DNA of 64,000 nucleotides from Alphaproteobacteria bacterium (GTDB lineage Bacteria; Pseudomonadota; Alphaproteobacteria; JAAXGF01): NCBI GenBank assembly GCA_963555825.3, contig CAUVXB020000002.1, positions 480,001 to 544,000 of the forward strand, read 5' to 3'. Shown piece by piece: positions 32,675 to 43,667 of this stretch (position 1 is its first letter; each line of letters starts with the position of its first letter). The notes under the pieces were generated by a model. It saw only the letters and a program-made list of their open reading frames with translations, ran no database searches and was not told where the DNA came from. The position numbers and the translations under genes were made by a program.

Positions 32675-33574
32675 ATGGGTAACCTCGACATTCTGATCGC
32701 GGCGCCGATATTCTCGGTGCAATTGCTTATCGACGGCCTTCTGATCGGCGCGATCTTCGCGATGGCCGCCTATGGCCTGGCGCTGGTCTGGGGCGTCATG
32801 AACGTCATCAACATCGCCCAGGGCGACTTCGTCATCCTGGGCGGCTACGTGACGCTTCAGGTCTCGCTCGCCGGCATCCACCCGATGTTCGGCATACCGA
32901 TTTCCGCGGTCGTCGTCGGCGGCGTCGGTTGGGTGATCTATCGCATCGTCATCTGCCGGGTCGTCGACAAGGACCTGTTCATCTCGATCCTGGCCACCTT
33001 CGGTATCTCGATCCTGCTGCAGCAGCTGATCGACCAGATCTGGGGCGCCGATATCCAGTCGGTCGAATCGGGCCTCGGCACGCAGTTCCTGTTCGACAAC
33101 ATGGTGACGGTCTCGGAGATCAAGTTCGTCGCCTTCGTCATCGTCATGGCGCTTGGCGCCGGCCTGGTCGCGTTCCTCAAGCGATCACGGCTCGGCCAGG
33201 CGATCCGCGCGACGGCGCAGAACGCGCGCGCCGCGCGCATCATGGGCATCGATACCGACAGGGTCTACGCCGCGACCTTCGCGCTGAATGCGGCGATCTG
33301 CGGCGCGGCCGGCGCGCTGGTCGTCATGACCTGGGTGATCCAGCCCTTCATCGGCCTGATTTACACGATCCGCTCGTTCATGATCGTCGTCGTCGCCGGG
33401 CTCGGCAATCTGGCGGGCGTCATCGCCGCCGGCATGGGCCTCGGCGTCGCCGAGCAGTTCGCCAGCTTCCTGCTCGGCGCCGAGTTTCAGATCGGCTTCG
33501 TCTTCGGCCTGCTGGTCGTCATCTTGGTCACCCGGAGCCTGTTGCTCGCGCGCAAGCGAAAGTACCTGAAGTGA
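32675..33574 (+). CDS. Branched-chain amino acid ABC permease (LivH-like)
   Basis: GLALVWGVMNVINIAQG, G.AIRA.AQN. Confidence 0.9.
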   Translation: MGNLDILIAAPIFSVQLLIDGLLIGAIFAMAAYGLALVWGVMNVINIAQGDFVILGGYVTLQVSLAGIHPMFGIPISAVVVGGVGWVIYRIVICRVVDKDLFISILATFGISILLQQLIDQIWGADIQSVESGLGTQFLFDNMVTVSEIKFVAFVIVMALGAGLVAFLKRSRLGQAIRATAQNARAARIMGIDTDRVYAATFALNAAICGAAGALVVMTWVIQPFIGLIYTIRSFMIVVVAGLGNLAGVIAAGMGLGVAEQFASFLLGAEFQIGFVFGLLVVILVTRSLLLARKRKYLK

Positions 33575-34617
33575 GCGGCGTGGCGCGCAACGTCGTCTTG
33601 TACGGCGGCCTCGCGCTGGTCTCGCTGGCGGCGCCCTCGATTTTCCCGGCGTACCAGACCCAGCTCGCCTTCCTCTGGCTCATGGTGCTGTTCGCGCTGA
33701 GCTGGGACATCGTCGGCGGCCAGATGGGCTACAATTCGTTTGGCAACATCGTCTATTTCGGCATCGGTATGTACGCCACGGTCGTCGTGCAGCGCGACCT
33801 CTACTACACCGTCGAGGAGTACGCCGAGCTCGAGGGCAGCATCGAACTCATGCTGACGCCGGCCCAGTATCTCACGGGTCTCGGCCTGGGCATGGCTCTC
33901 GGCGCGGTCATCGCCATCGCCACGGCGGTGATATTGGGCACCGGCATCCTGTCGCTGCGCGGCCATTACTTCGCCATCTGCACGCTGGGATTGGGCGTCG
34001 CCGCCGGCGAGCTGGCCAGCGGCTGGGACTATATCGGCGCCGGCTCGGGCATGGTGGCGCCGTTTTTCCCCGACGACCTCGGCGAGCGCTCGCAGTTCTT
34101 CTATTACATCTTCTTCGCGCTCTCGGCGCTCGCCTTCGTCACGCTCCGCTGGCTCTACTCGGGCCGTTTCGGCCTCGCCATAAACGCGATCCGCGACGAC
34201 GAGGACAAGGCCGAGGCGATGGGTCTGCGCACGACGCGGTACAAGACGCTCGCCTGGTGCATCGCCGCGTTCTTCCTGGCCATCGCGGGTGGCGGCGCGG
34301 GCAACCTGATCGGCTTCATCGACCCGACCGACGTCGCCTTCGCGGGCGCCACCTTCGGCGTCTGGATGGTGCTGATGGCAGTGCTCGGCGGCAAGGGCAC
34401 GCTGTGGGGCCCGGTCATCGGCGCGGTCATCTTCCACGTCACGCAGGAGTTGTTCTGGACCTATCTGTTCGGCTGGCAGCGCGTCGCGCTGGGCGTGCTG
34501 ATCGTCGTCATCGTCGTCTTCTTCCCCGAGGGCATCATGGGCTATCTGCGCCGCATTCGGCCCGACTGGTTCGGCGAGACCGTCGCCGAGGCCGACGATG
34601 CCGGGGTCGGCCGATGA
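33571..34617 (+). CDS. Branched-chain amino acid ABC permease (LivM-like)
   Basis: LRGHYFAI.TLG, AIRDDE..AE.MG, LGGKGTLWGP. Confidence 0.9.
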   Translation: MSGVARNVVLYGGLALVSLAAPSIFPAYQTQLAFLWLMVLFALSWDIVGGQMGYNSFGNIVYFGIGMYATVVVQRDLYYTVEEYAELEGSIELMLTPAQYLTGLGLGMALGAVIAIATAVILGTGILSLRGHYFAICTLGLGVAAGELASGWDYIGAGSGMVAPFFPDDLGERSQFFYYIFFALSALAFVTLRWLYSGRFGLAINAIRDDEDKAEAMGLRTTRYKTLAWCIAAFFLAIAGGGAGNLIGFIDPTDVAFAGATFGVWMVLMAVLGGKGTLWGPVIGAVIFHVTQELFWTYLFGWQRVALGVLIVVIVVFFPEGIMGYLRRIRPDWFGETVAEADDAGVGR

Positions 34618-35357
34618 ATGCGATCCTCGAGGTCTCGAACGCGTCGAAGGCGTTCGGCGGCGTGATCGCCAACCACGACATCAGCCTGAGCGTCCCCGAG
34701 GGGCGCATCATCGGCCTGATCGGCCCCAACGGCTCGGGCAAGACGACGCTGTTCAACTCGATCGTCGGCTATCACCCGATCGACGCCGGCGGGATCCGCT
34801 TCGAGGGGCGCGAGATCTCGAACCTGCGCGTCCCCCAAATCGCCCGCCTCGGGCTGTTGCGCACCTTCCAGCAGACCCGCGTCTACGCCAAGATGACCTG
34901 CCTGCAGAACATGGAAATCAGCGTCGGCCAAAGCCACGAGGGTTTCGCCGACATGATCGCGCGGCCGAAACCCGAGGTCGTCGGGAAGGCCGAGGCACTG
35001 CTCGAGTTCGTCGGTCTGTTCACCAAGCGCCGGCTGCGCGCCGGCGATCTCTCGTTCGGCCAGCAGAAGCTGCTGGAATTCGCCATGGCGCTGATGAATG
35101 GGCCAAAGCTTCTGCTGCTCGACGAGCCGACCGCGGGCATCAACCCGACGCTGATCAACGGCCTGATCGACCGCTTGAAGCGCGCCAACGCCGACCTCGG
35201 CATCACGCTGTTCGTCATCGAGCACAACATGCGCGTGATCATGAACCTGGCCGAGCACATTTACTGCCTGGCGCACGGCGAGCTTCTGGCCGACGGATCG
35301 CCAGAGGCGATCCGCGACGACCAGCGCGTCATCGACGCCTATCTCGGGGCGCATTGA
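34614..35357 (+). CDS. ABC ATP-binding protein (LivG-like)
   Basis: GPNGSGKTT, LLLDEP, IEHNM, VIDAYLG. Confidence 0.92.
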   Translation: MNAILEVSNASKAFGGVIANHDISLSVPEGRIIGLIGPNGSGKTTLFNSIVGYHPIDAGGIRFEGREISNLRVPQIARLGLLRTFQQTRVYAKMTCLQNMEISVGQSHEGFADMIARPKPEVVGKAEALLEFVGLFTKRRLRAGDLSFGQQKLLEFAMALMNGPKLLLLDEPTAGINPTLINGLIDRLKRANADLGITLFVIEHNMRVIMNLAEHIYCLAHGELLADGSPEAIRDDQRVIDAYLGAH

Positions 35358-36211
35358 TGGCCGAGGACAAGCGCATCGCGGGCTACGGCTTCGGCGAGGT
35401 CGACTCGGTCATCTCGGTCGATGACGTGGCGCGCGAGGCGCGCAGCCTGGCCGACCAAGGTCCCAGCACCCAGCGCCTCGCCGAGCTCGCCAAGGACGAC
35501 CCGCTGTTGGCCATTGACCGGCTCGTCGCGGGCTACGGCAAGATGGAGATCCTGCACGGTTTCGGCCTCCAGATCGCGCGCGGCCAATCGCTCTGCCTGA
35601 TCGGCCCCAACGGCGCCGGCAAGTCGACCGTGCTGCACTCGATCTACGGCTTCACCAACATCGTCGGCGGCACTATCACGCTCGATAGCGTCGACATAAC
35701 CCGGCTCAACCCGAACCAGAAGCTGCGCGCGGGCATCGCCTACATCCTGCAGGACAATTCGGTGTTCCCCGACATGACGGTCGAGGAGAACCTGTGGATG
35801 GGCGGCTATCTGATGGACAGCACCGACCAAGCCAAGGAGGCCGCCGAGCGCGTGCTGGGCAAGTATCCCCGGCTCGCCGAGCGGCGCCGCCAGCGCGCCG
35901 GCGTCCTGTCGGGCGGCGAGCGGCGCTTGCTGGAGATCTCGCGCGCGCTGATCATGGAGCCCGAGGTGCTGCTCGTCGACGAGCCGTCGATCGGGCTCGA
36001 GCCGCGCTTCATCGACATGGTGTTCGAGATCCTCGACGACCTGCAGCACAACGCCGGCAAGACGATCGTCATGGTCGAGCAGAACGCCAAGAAGGGCCTC
36101 GAGTTCGCCGATATCGGCTACGTCTTGGTCGACGGCTCTCTGGCGCTGGCCGGCGCGGGCGACGAACTCCTGGAAAACGAGGAAGTCGGCCGCCTGTTCC
36201 TCGGCGGCTGA
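35357..36211 (+). CDS. ABC ATP-binding protein (LivF-like) with N-terminal extension
   Basis: GPNGAGKST, LSGGE, VDEPS.GL.P, VEQNA. Confidence 0.92.
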   Translation: MAEDKRIAGYGFGEVDSVISVDDVAREARSLADQGPSTQRLAELAKDDPLLAIDRLVAGYGKMEILHGFGLQIARGQSLCLIGPNGAGKSTVLHSIYGFTNIVGGTITLDSVDITRLNPNQKLRAGIAYILQDNSVFPDMTVEENLWMGGYLMDSTDQAKEAAERVLGKYPRLAERRRQRAGVLSGGERRLLEISRALIMEPEVLLVDEPSIGLEPRFIDMVFEILDDLQHNAGKTIVMVEQNAKKGLEFADIGYVLVDGSLALAGAGDELLENEEVGRLFLGG

Positions 36212-36810
36212 GCAGCCCTACTCGCCGCGCGGCGCCGGGAATGCCGCTCCCGCCACCCTACGACACGCCCGGTTGTGAGCGACCGCGCTATTTCATATAC
36301 GCCTGCTGCAGCATGTCGGCTGCCTCGGCATAGGCGAGCGCGGAGCCAGCCTTGGCCACCGAGCGACCGTGGTCATATGCGCCCTGCGGCTTCTCGTGAT
36401 TGTGCCTTGCCCCGGTCAGCAAATGCTTGGCGTCGTCGACAAGGGCGTGGACCAGCGCATGCTTTTCCTTCGACATCTGGTCCTTCATGCTCTTCATGTC
36501 GCCCGAGACCTTGTCGATCATCGCCTGCGCGGCGTCGAACCGATTGGGACAGTCGAATGCCTGGGCGGCCGTCGGCAGCTGGAGCATCAGCACTCCCGCC
36601 GTCGCGGCGAGAAACCATTTGTCAATGGCGGAGCAAAAAGGGACCACCTCGGCGGTGTAAGAAGGGACCGCTTGGCGGCTGCGGGCTTGTCCCCGTAGTC
36701 CACGGGAGGGCCCCGCGCGCGACGCGGCGTGCCCTCAACAGGCTGACGCGGCGGCGCGCGCGGGAGGGACCTGTGGGCCCACGGGGTCAAGCGTGGGCTG
36801 GGTGGTCGGT

Positions 36811-37575
36811 TCAGTTAGCAGTCGGGGTTTGACGCCTGCGGCTCTGGTTGAGCCTGTAGCTGTCACCGTTCATCTCGAGGATGTTGACGTGGTGGGTGAG
36901 GCGATCGAGGAGCGCGCCGGTGAGGCGCTCGGAGCCGAACACCTCGGTCCATTCGTCGAAGGGCAGATTGGTGGTGACCAGGGTCGAGCCCCGCTCGTAG
37001 CGTTGGCTGAACACCTCGAACAACAGCTCGGCGCCGGTCTTCGACAGCGGCACGAAGCCGAGTTCGTCGACGATCAGAAGCTTGTAGGTGGCGAGCTTCT
37101 TCTGGAACCTCAGCAGCTGCTTGTCATCGCGGGCCTCGATGAGTTCGTGGACCAGCGCGGCGGCGGTGATGAAGCCGACCGAGAGGCCCTTCTGGCAGGC
37201 CGCCAGGCCGAGACCGAGGGCGATGTGGGTCTTGCCGGTCCCACTGTTGCCGAGCGCGATGAGGTTCTCGCGGCGCTCGATGTACTCGCAGCGGGCCAGC
37301 TCCAGGACCAGCGCCTTGTTGAGCGAGGGGATGACCTTGAAGTCGAAGCTGTCGAGGCTCTTGACCACGGGGAAGCGCGCCGCCTTGATGCGCCGCTCGA
37401 CCATGCGGCGCTCGCGGTCGATCAGCTCGAGCTCGGCGAGTCTCAACAGGTAGCGGACGTGATCGACGCCTTCCGAGGCGCACTGCCGGGCGATCTTGTC
37501 GTACTCGCGCAGGAAGGTCGGCAGCTTCAGCGTCTTGAGGTGGTGGGCGAGCAGCACTTGCGGTGTGTCGGTCAT
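36811..37575 (-). CDS. istB: IS21 helper ATPase IstB
   Basis: GNSGTGKTH, LLIVDELGF, TTNLPF.EW, LLDRLTHH. Confidence 0.95.
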   Translation of the reverse strand: MTDTPQVLLAHHLKTLKLPTFLREYDKIARQCASEGVDHVRYLLRLAELELIDRERRMVERRIKAARFPVVKSLDSFDFKVIPSLNKALVLELARCEYIERRENLIALGNSGTGKTHIALGLGLAACQKGLSVGFITAAALVHELIEARDDKQLLRFQKKLATYKLLIVDELGFVPLSKTGAELLFEVFSQRYERGSTLVTTNLPFDEWTEVFGSERLTGALLDRLTHHVNILEMNGDSYRLNQSRRRQTPTAN

Positions 37576-38225
37576 GCGCCGAGCCCCGACAGCAGGCTCA
37601 TGTACGACTTGGCGGACGTCATCGCGACCCGGGCGCGCGGCAGATACGGATAGACGTCGAGGTTGAGCCTGGGCGGCCGCCGCTCGATGCGGCACAGTAC
37701 CAGGTGCTTCACCGCATCAAAGCCGATTGCGCCGAGCCGCAGGGCGTCGCCGACCGCACCCTCGACCTCCTCGAGCCGGAAGGTCTCCAGTAGACGGAGC
37801 ACCTGGACGTACTCGCGCTTGCCTGCCTTGCCCATACGAGCTTCGAGGAGCCGCCGCAGAGTGATGAAGGCCTCGGGCAGGTCCCAGCCCGCCAATGGCG
37901 CGGCCTGGTCGAGGGCGCCGATCTTCTGCTCGATCAAGGGCAGGTAATGCAGCGGGTCGAAGATCAGGTCCTCGCTGTCGTAGGACCGGCGGTGCCGGGC
38001 GATCACCTCGGCCCCGCAGCTGATCACCACCTCATCGACGTAGCCCCGGATGAGCACCTCACGGTGGCCGTAGGCCACGGGCACGGAATAGTCGTTGCTG
38101 CGGTAACGCACCAGCGACAGCGAACTCGCCCGTCCAGGGCGCTTATCGCAGGCATCATAGGGAGCAGGCGGCAATGGCAAGAGAACTTGACGATCCCGCT
38201 CGAGACGCTCGCCGATGGTCTCCTT

Positions 38226-39749
38226 ATATGAGGCGTTTGCTGTCAAGGTGGATTTAATCTACGCCACATGATCGTCTCTTCCATTGGTTATGGCTTTGTA
38301 TCCAGGGCGGGTCTTGCGATGAGTTCCGTGTTTCGTGCGAGTGATCGCATCACCTTATATCCGGCAGCTCCGATCCGGCTTGCCACAATGCTGTATACAT
38401 GGACCATCACAGGACGGGGATGGGACTAATCTTGTGGACGGCACCTTCGCCAAGGAGACATGCAGTCACACATCCAACCTGCCAACAAGCGTTCCCATCG
38501 GGGAATGAAGCCCGTTAGAACGCTGAGCTGATCCGCAGTCCTATTTGACGACAGCACCCACCGGGATCAGCCCGGTTTCCAGATACCGCCAAAGCGCGAT
38601 CGCCAGTTTGCGGGCCAGGGCGACGATCATGACGCGCCTGATGCGCCCCTTCTGACCTTGGGTGCGGTCATGGAACCACTGGGTCAGAGCGCTATCGGGT
38701 TGATGGCGGACCCAAAGCCATGCGGCTTCGATCATGGCAACCCGTGCCAGCCGATTGCCCGCCTTGGAGATGCCTTGGCTGCGGCGCCCGTCGCCGCTGT
38801 CATAGGCACTGGGCGTGATCCCGATATAGCTTGCCACCTGTCGGCGATTGGCGAACTGGCGATAATAGACTTCCCGTGCGAGCGTCGTGGATAAGGCCGG
38901 GCCGAGGCCCTTTAAGCGCAGCAGCTGGTGACGCTTGCTTTCCGTGGCCACACACGGTGTCGGCGCTTGATCACGCTCACGCTCGACCTCGACGATCTGC
39001 GCTTGGACCTGGGCCAGTCTCGCGATCTCCCGCGCGATCTCGCGGCCGAGACGGTCCGGCAGGGGTCGGCCGTCTCCGGTGACCAGCGCCGCCGGTGTCA
39101 AGGTCTTGTAGCGCGCCTTGACATTGATGCCGCGAATGCCCTGACCGAATAGCAGACCCTTGATCCGGTTGATGTGGGCGGTTCGCTCGCGGACCAATCG
39201 GTCACGTTCCCGATGAGAGCGGCGAAGGTCCTCCTCCGCGACGCTCGGAATCACCACCATGGAGCAGACATGACGCTCGCCGCGGCACCAGGCGATCAGC
39301 GTATGAAGAATATTCTCGACATCGATGCGGTCGGTCTTCACCCGCCGCGCCCGGCGGTTGACCCGCAAGCTGGCCGGCTCCATGACCAGACACTCGATGC
39401 CGCGCTGCTCGAGGAACCGCGCCAACCAGAAGCCGTCGTAGCCGGCCTCGTAGCACAGCGTTATCGTCGGCGTTCGACCCGTCACCTTGACCACCCGGTC
39501 CCGCGCCGCGTCCAGCTTGGCCATCAGTCCTTCAGCGTCGCCGCCCTTGATCGGATGCAAGCTCGGATTGCCCCGCCCCGGAGCCTGGATCGCCAAAAGC
39601 CAGCTGTTCTTGCTCAACTCCAGTGCCGCATAAATAGCGTGTTCATTGGAGGTCGATACCGGAAACTGTGCCATCGTGTCGCTCCTTCTGATCGAGGTTG
39701 AAATAATCGAAGGAGCTTGAGGCTGCGTCCTTCAGCCTCATAGCATCTT
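38226..39749 (-). mobile_element. IS110 family (IS1111-type) element A, recombinase 38541-39674
   Basis: ALELSK, CYEAG, KTDRID, GI.PS..SG, ISKAGN; subterminal IRs TATGAGGC/GCCTCATA; CTT core on both sides. Confidence 0.92.
38240..38540 (-). ncRNA. Predicted bridge/seek RNA of IS110 element A
   Basis: 3' non-coding end holding segments that match the target (38431-38437, 38451-38459) and the donor junction (38354-38360). Confidence 0.75.
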
Positions 39750-40852
39750 GTGGCCCCGCAGCCGCGCCGCCTGGCGCCGGCGGCACTGTTCGGCGAGAGC
39801 ATCGTTGAGGGCCGCGAAGCTCTCGGCACGCGGGACGGGGACCAGGAAGTTCCGCCGGATGAAGCCGACCAGTCCCTCGACCTTGCCCTTGTCGTTGCCC
39901 TTGCCCGGCCGGCCGAACCTGTCCTCGAACAGATAGTGGGACTGAAGCTCCGTGAAGACGCGCGTTCGCTGCCGCTTCCCATCGCCCAGGATCCGGGCAA
40001 CCGCCAGCTTGGTGTTGTCGTACAGGATGGATCGGGGGACGCCGCCGAAGAAGGCAAACGCCGCGTTGTGGCCATCGCAGAATGCTTCGGTCGTCTCCGC
40101 CGGATAGGCCGCAACAAAGCAACCATCACTGTGGGGAAGGTCGAAGGCAAGGAAGTGGATCTTCCGTAACGCGCCGCCGATCACCGCCATCGCTTCGCCG
40201 AAGTCCGCCTGGGCGTGACCGGGGGAATGGGAGAGTGGCACGAACACCTCACGCGACCGAAGCCCCTGCTCACGAACGTAGTCCTTCACGATGGTGTAGC
40301 CGCCCGTGAAACCGTACTCGTCCCGGAGGCGGTCGAAGATGCGCTTCGCAGTGTGCCGTTGCTTGCGGTGGCTGGTCCGATCGTCTTCCAAGATCCGATC
40401 GATGATTCCCGTGAACGGACCCAGCTTTGGCCGCCTCGGCGGCGCGCTTCGGCGATACCCTGGCGGCACCGAGAACGACAGCATCTTACGGACCGTCTTG
40501 CGGTCTACACCAAACACCCGCGAGGCCTCGCGGGTGCTCATCCCCTCGACATGACACGCCCGCCGAACCCGTGCGTACAACTCCACCCGATACATCCCCC
40601 CCGCCTTCCAGTCAGAGCAACCCTGACAGAAGGCTATACGCGGTCCCATTTTGGTCCGCCGCAGCCGGATCGACCGGCCGCTTCAGTGGGGGATTATTGC
40701 TCTGCCGTTCTCAACCATTTCATCTTGTTCATCGAGTCCTCCTTGACCCTTGTGTTCGAAATCGAATGACCATTGCTCGGTACCCCCACCCCGTGCGCGA
40801 ATGACCGCATAGAACCTATAGCCGTTGGCTGGATTGGACAAGTGGGCGCGGC

Positions 40853-41596
40853 CTACCTGCCATGCGGGCAGACCACGACGACGGTGACGTTGTCGTTGCC
40901 GCCGGCGGCCAGTGCGGCGTCGATCAGCGCCTCGCCGGCGAAACGCGGATCGGGCAGCGCCCCGCGCATCAGCCGCGCGATCTCGTCGTCGCCGACCATG
41001 CCGGTCAGCCCGTCGCTGCACAACAGGAAGGCGTCGGCGCCGGCCGCGTCGACCGGCAAGACGTCGACCTCGAGCGCGGCGTCGAGGCCAACCGCGCGGG
41101 TCAGCCGGTGCCAGGCGAAGGAATGCTCCGCCTCGGCGAGTGTCATGACGCCGGTTCGCACCATCTCCATGCCGAGCGTGTGGTCCTCGCTGACTTGAAC
41201 CAGGTCCTCGCCGGCGAGCCGGTAGAGGCGGCTATCGCCGACATGGGCGGCATGGCCATGGGCGTCGTCTCCCAGCCAAAGCAGCGTCAGTGTCGTGCCC
41301 ATGCCGTGCAACGAAGGGTCGCTCTCGGCGCGATAGCGGATGCGGTCGTTGGCGTGCCGCACCGCCTCTTCGAGCAGCGCGGGCGCCGCGTCGGGCAGCC
41401 CGCCGCGGCCGTCATGGAGCGTCGCCAGCACGGCGTCGTGCGCCAGCGCGCTGGCCACGTCGCCGCCATGATGCCCGCCCAGGCCGTCGGCCACGAGGTA
41501 GACGCCGAGCGCGTCGTCGACGGCGTGGGCGTCCTCGTTGCGCGCGCGGACCAGCCCGATGTCGGTATTGCCGGCCCCTGCCCAATACGCCGCCAT
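40853..41596 (-). CDS. PP2C-family Ser/Thr phosphatase
   Basis: R..NED, VADGLGG, MGTT, HVGDSR.Y, LCSDGL, GG.DNVT. Confidence 0.93.
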   Translation of the reverse strand: MAAYWAGAGNTDIGLVRARNEDAHAVDDALGVYLVADGLGGHHGGDVASALAHDAVLATLHDGRGGLPDAAPALLEEAVRHANDRIRYRAESDPSLHGMGTTLTLLWLGDDAHGHAAHVGDSRLYRLAGEDLVQVSEDHTLGMEMVRTGVMTLAEAEHSFAWHRLTRAVGLDAALEVDVLPVDAAGADAFLLCSDGLTGMVGDDEIARLMRGALPDPRFAGEALIDAALAAGGNDNVTVVVVCPHGR

Positions 41597-41600
41597 GGCC

Positions 41601-42032
41601 TCAGGCGCCGATCAGATGCAGCGCGAGGCGGCGCGTGTGGGGCGCCGTGCGGTGCTCGTAGAGATAGACCGCCTGCCAGGTGCCGAGCGCGAGCCGCCCC
41701 TCGGCGACCGGGATCGAGAGCTGGGTCTGGGTCAGCGCGGCGCGGATATGCGCCGGCATGTCGTCGGGCCCCTCGCTCGTGTGGCGGTAGCGGCCCGGCG
41801 CCTCGGGCACCAGCGTGGCGAAGAAGCTCTCGAGGTCGCGCAGCACGTCCGCATCGGCGTTTTCCTGGATGACCAGCGACGCCGAGGTATGGCGCAGGAA
41901 CAGCGTCAGCAAGCCCTCGCGCACCGCCTGGCCGGCGACCCAGGCGGCGACGTCGCCGGTCACGTCGTAAAGGCCGCGGCCGCGCGTCGCGACCGAAAGC
42001 TGGTGGCTCGCCTGCTGCACGCGTTGCCTCAT
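41601..42032 (-). CDS. yjbQ: YjbQ/UPF0047 family protein
   Basis: HTSASL.IQENAD, EGPDDMPAHI, LGTWQ. Confidence 0.9.
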   Translation of the reverse strand: MRQRVQQASHQLSVATRGRGLYDVTGDVAAWVAGQAVREGLLTLFLRHTSASLVIQENADADVLRDLESFFATLVPEAPGRYRHTSEGPDDMPAHIRAALTQTQLSIPVAEGRLALGTWQAVYLYEHRTAPHTRRLALHLIGA

Positions 42033-42232
42033 CGAATTGACCGCGTCCTCACGCTACACCCAAGGACCGGCACGGCCAAGCTGCGGGGCGCCCGGGTCGT
42101 GTCTCGGTTTGAAATTCAGTCGAAGCATCGCCCGATACGTCGGCTTTTCAGCAGATCATATCTGCGTTGCGCGTGACAGCAGACCTTGGCGCGCGGTCTT
42201 CGGCACAGCCATTTTTGACCCGAAGGAGGCAT

Positions 42233-43255
42233 TCAGAGAAGGTATCGGCTGAGCGCGCCGTGCTTGTAGCTAGGCTTGCCGAGGCGATCGAGGGTGATGA
42301 GACCAGGTTCGGCTCGAATGACGTCAGGAATCCGATTGACGATCGAACTGCAGGTGATGAAGCGGTAGGGCACAGTATCGTTTCGGAGATGAAGCTCTGG
42401 CTCGCCTCTGACCCGCCATTCGTTCGTGTCGGTTTCGCCTTCGCGGTAGACCCGCCCCTCCATTGCAAAGGAAAAGCGGGGGCCCTCGATCGTCTCGATT
42501 TCGGTGGTGTCCACAATGCCCAGCAGGTGGCCGGCCGGCACCGTACGCTTAAGGCTGAGACATGGCGTCGGTTCATCGGCAAGAACCGGCGCCACTTGTG
42601 ACGATATGGTCGAGACCGTTAATTTAAGCTCAGCGATCAGCGCCTCGAGTGTCTGGCGCGCGACAAATTCGGGCCAACCGTGTTCGGCGACGTGTCGTTC
42701 GAAGGATTCAGGCGTATCGCCTACGTGGACGTGAGCGGCGACATCTGGCCCATAGTCGTCAACATTCCACAAGCAGCGCCCCTCGACCGCCTCCACTTTA
42801 TGCGACGCGCCCAGAAGAGTCCCGACGAGGTGCATCCAGAACACATCCTGGGCGCCCGAAGCGGCGAGTGTGACCCCGTTGGCCTTGGCGAGAGTGTCGA
42901 GTTCCGCAGCATGGCCCGGAGCCGAATTCCAAGGAAAGACCGTCTCCTCCTCAATCGTGATGACGTTCACCTTGTGCTCTAGGCAGACGGCAAAATGGTC
43001 GCGCATGGTGCTTAGGTAGCTGCTACCGCAGACCACGGCGATATCGGCCCCGTCCGCGAGCGCCCGGTGGGGGTCCGAGTCGACCGCGACGCCAATCTTC
43101 CGCCCGAGACCTGCCACGTCTCCGAGGTCGCGCCCGACCTTCTCGGGGCTACGCCCGACAGCGCCGACAATCTTCACACTCTTGTCGAGCAACAGGCGTG
43201 TCAGGATCGACCCCATCTCCCCGACTCCATAGACGACAGCGCGCAGATCACGCAT
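42233..43255 (-). CDS. NAD(P)-dependent dehydrogenase, dihydrodipicolinate reductase/2,4-diaminopentanoate dehydrogenase-like
   Basis: VYGVGEMG Rossmann motif; C-terminal VNRIPDVI.AEPG. Confidence 0.75.
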   Translation of the reverse strand: MRDLRAVVYGVGEMGSILTRLLLDKSVKIVGAVGRSPEKVGRDLGDVAGLGRKIGVAVDSDPHRALADGADIAVVCGSSYLSTMRDHFAVCLEHKVNVITIEEETVFPWNSAPGHAAELDTLAKANGVTLAASGAQDVFWMHLVGTLLGASHKVEAVEGRCLWNVDDYGPDVAAHVHVGDTPESFERHVAEHGWPEFVARQTLEALIAELKLTVSTISSQVAPVLADEPTPCLSLKRTVPAGHLLGIVDTTEIETIEGPRFSFAMEGRVYREGETDTNEWRVRGEPELHLRNDTVPYRFITCSSIVNRIPDVIRAEPGLITLDRLGKPSYKHGALSRYLL

Positions 43256-43667
43256 CAGCCTGAACGCCCTCTCGGATTTGCCGTTCGTAGTCCGCCGCAT
43301 CATATCCGCCGTCCGCTTCAAGGATGAGCAGATCGTCGGAAAGCCGCCAGTTTTGCCAACCGGCTATCCGCACCATATTGCCTGTGCCACCGGGTCCGCT
43401 GTTCGTGCCTTCAAGTGTCCAGAGGTAGATCGCCTGATTCCCCCCCGACCTAAGATCATCCATGCGCAAAACCAGATCGGGAAAATCTTCGAAGAAGGCC
43501 CCCATCGCTTCAGCGATTGCGGGTCGACCGAGAGTTGGCTCCCCCGCGTTGATGATGCTTGATGCGTTCTCTGCGAAGAAAGACGCAACGACCTCGCCAG
43601 ATCGAGAACACCAAGCCTGCGTTTAGCCTTCCGCCACTTGACGGATATCTGCAGGGTCCAAGGGCAT
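43248..43667 (-). pseudogene. SnoaL/ester cyclase-like protein with an in-frame stop
   Basis: MPLDPADIRQVAEG*TQAWCS...FPDL...WTLEGTNSGPGGTG; TAA at 43623-43625. Confidence 0.75.

Larger units (their letters stand above)
37572..40595 (-). pseudogene. istA: IS21 transposase IstA split by IS110
   Basis: MYRVELY...RLRGHK | ETIGERLE...; continuous once 38226-39749 is removed. Confidence 0.92.
36620..40713 (-). mobile_element. IS21 family element (istA interrupted, istB intact)
   Basis: IRs TGTCAATGGCGGAGCAAAAAGGGACCAC / TGAGAACGGCAGAGCAATAATCCCCCAC; 6-bp TSD ACCATT. Confidence 0.93.
36288..40732 (-). pseudogene. Small secreted protein (MNKMKWFLAATAG...) split by IS21
   Basis: AAGGAGG plus ATG at 40732; the frame is restored when 36620-40713 and one ACCATT copy are removed. 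Confidence 0.85.

Noticed and set aside
417-36333. Many long antisense or alternate-frame ORFs (e.g. 4106-5473, 10617-12566, 20262-21842)
   Set aside because: Arg/Pro/Ala-rich shadow ORFs typical of high-GC DNA, overlapping well-supported genes.
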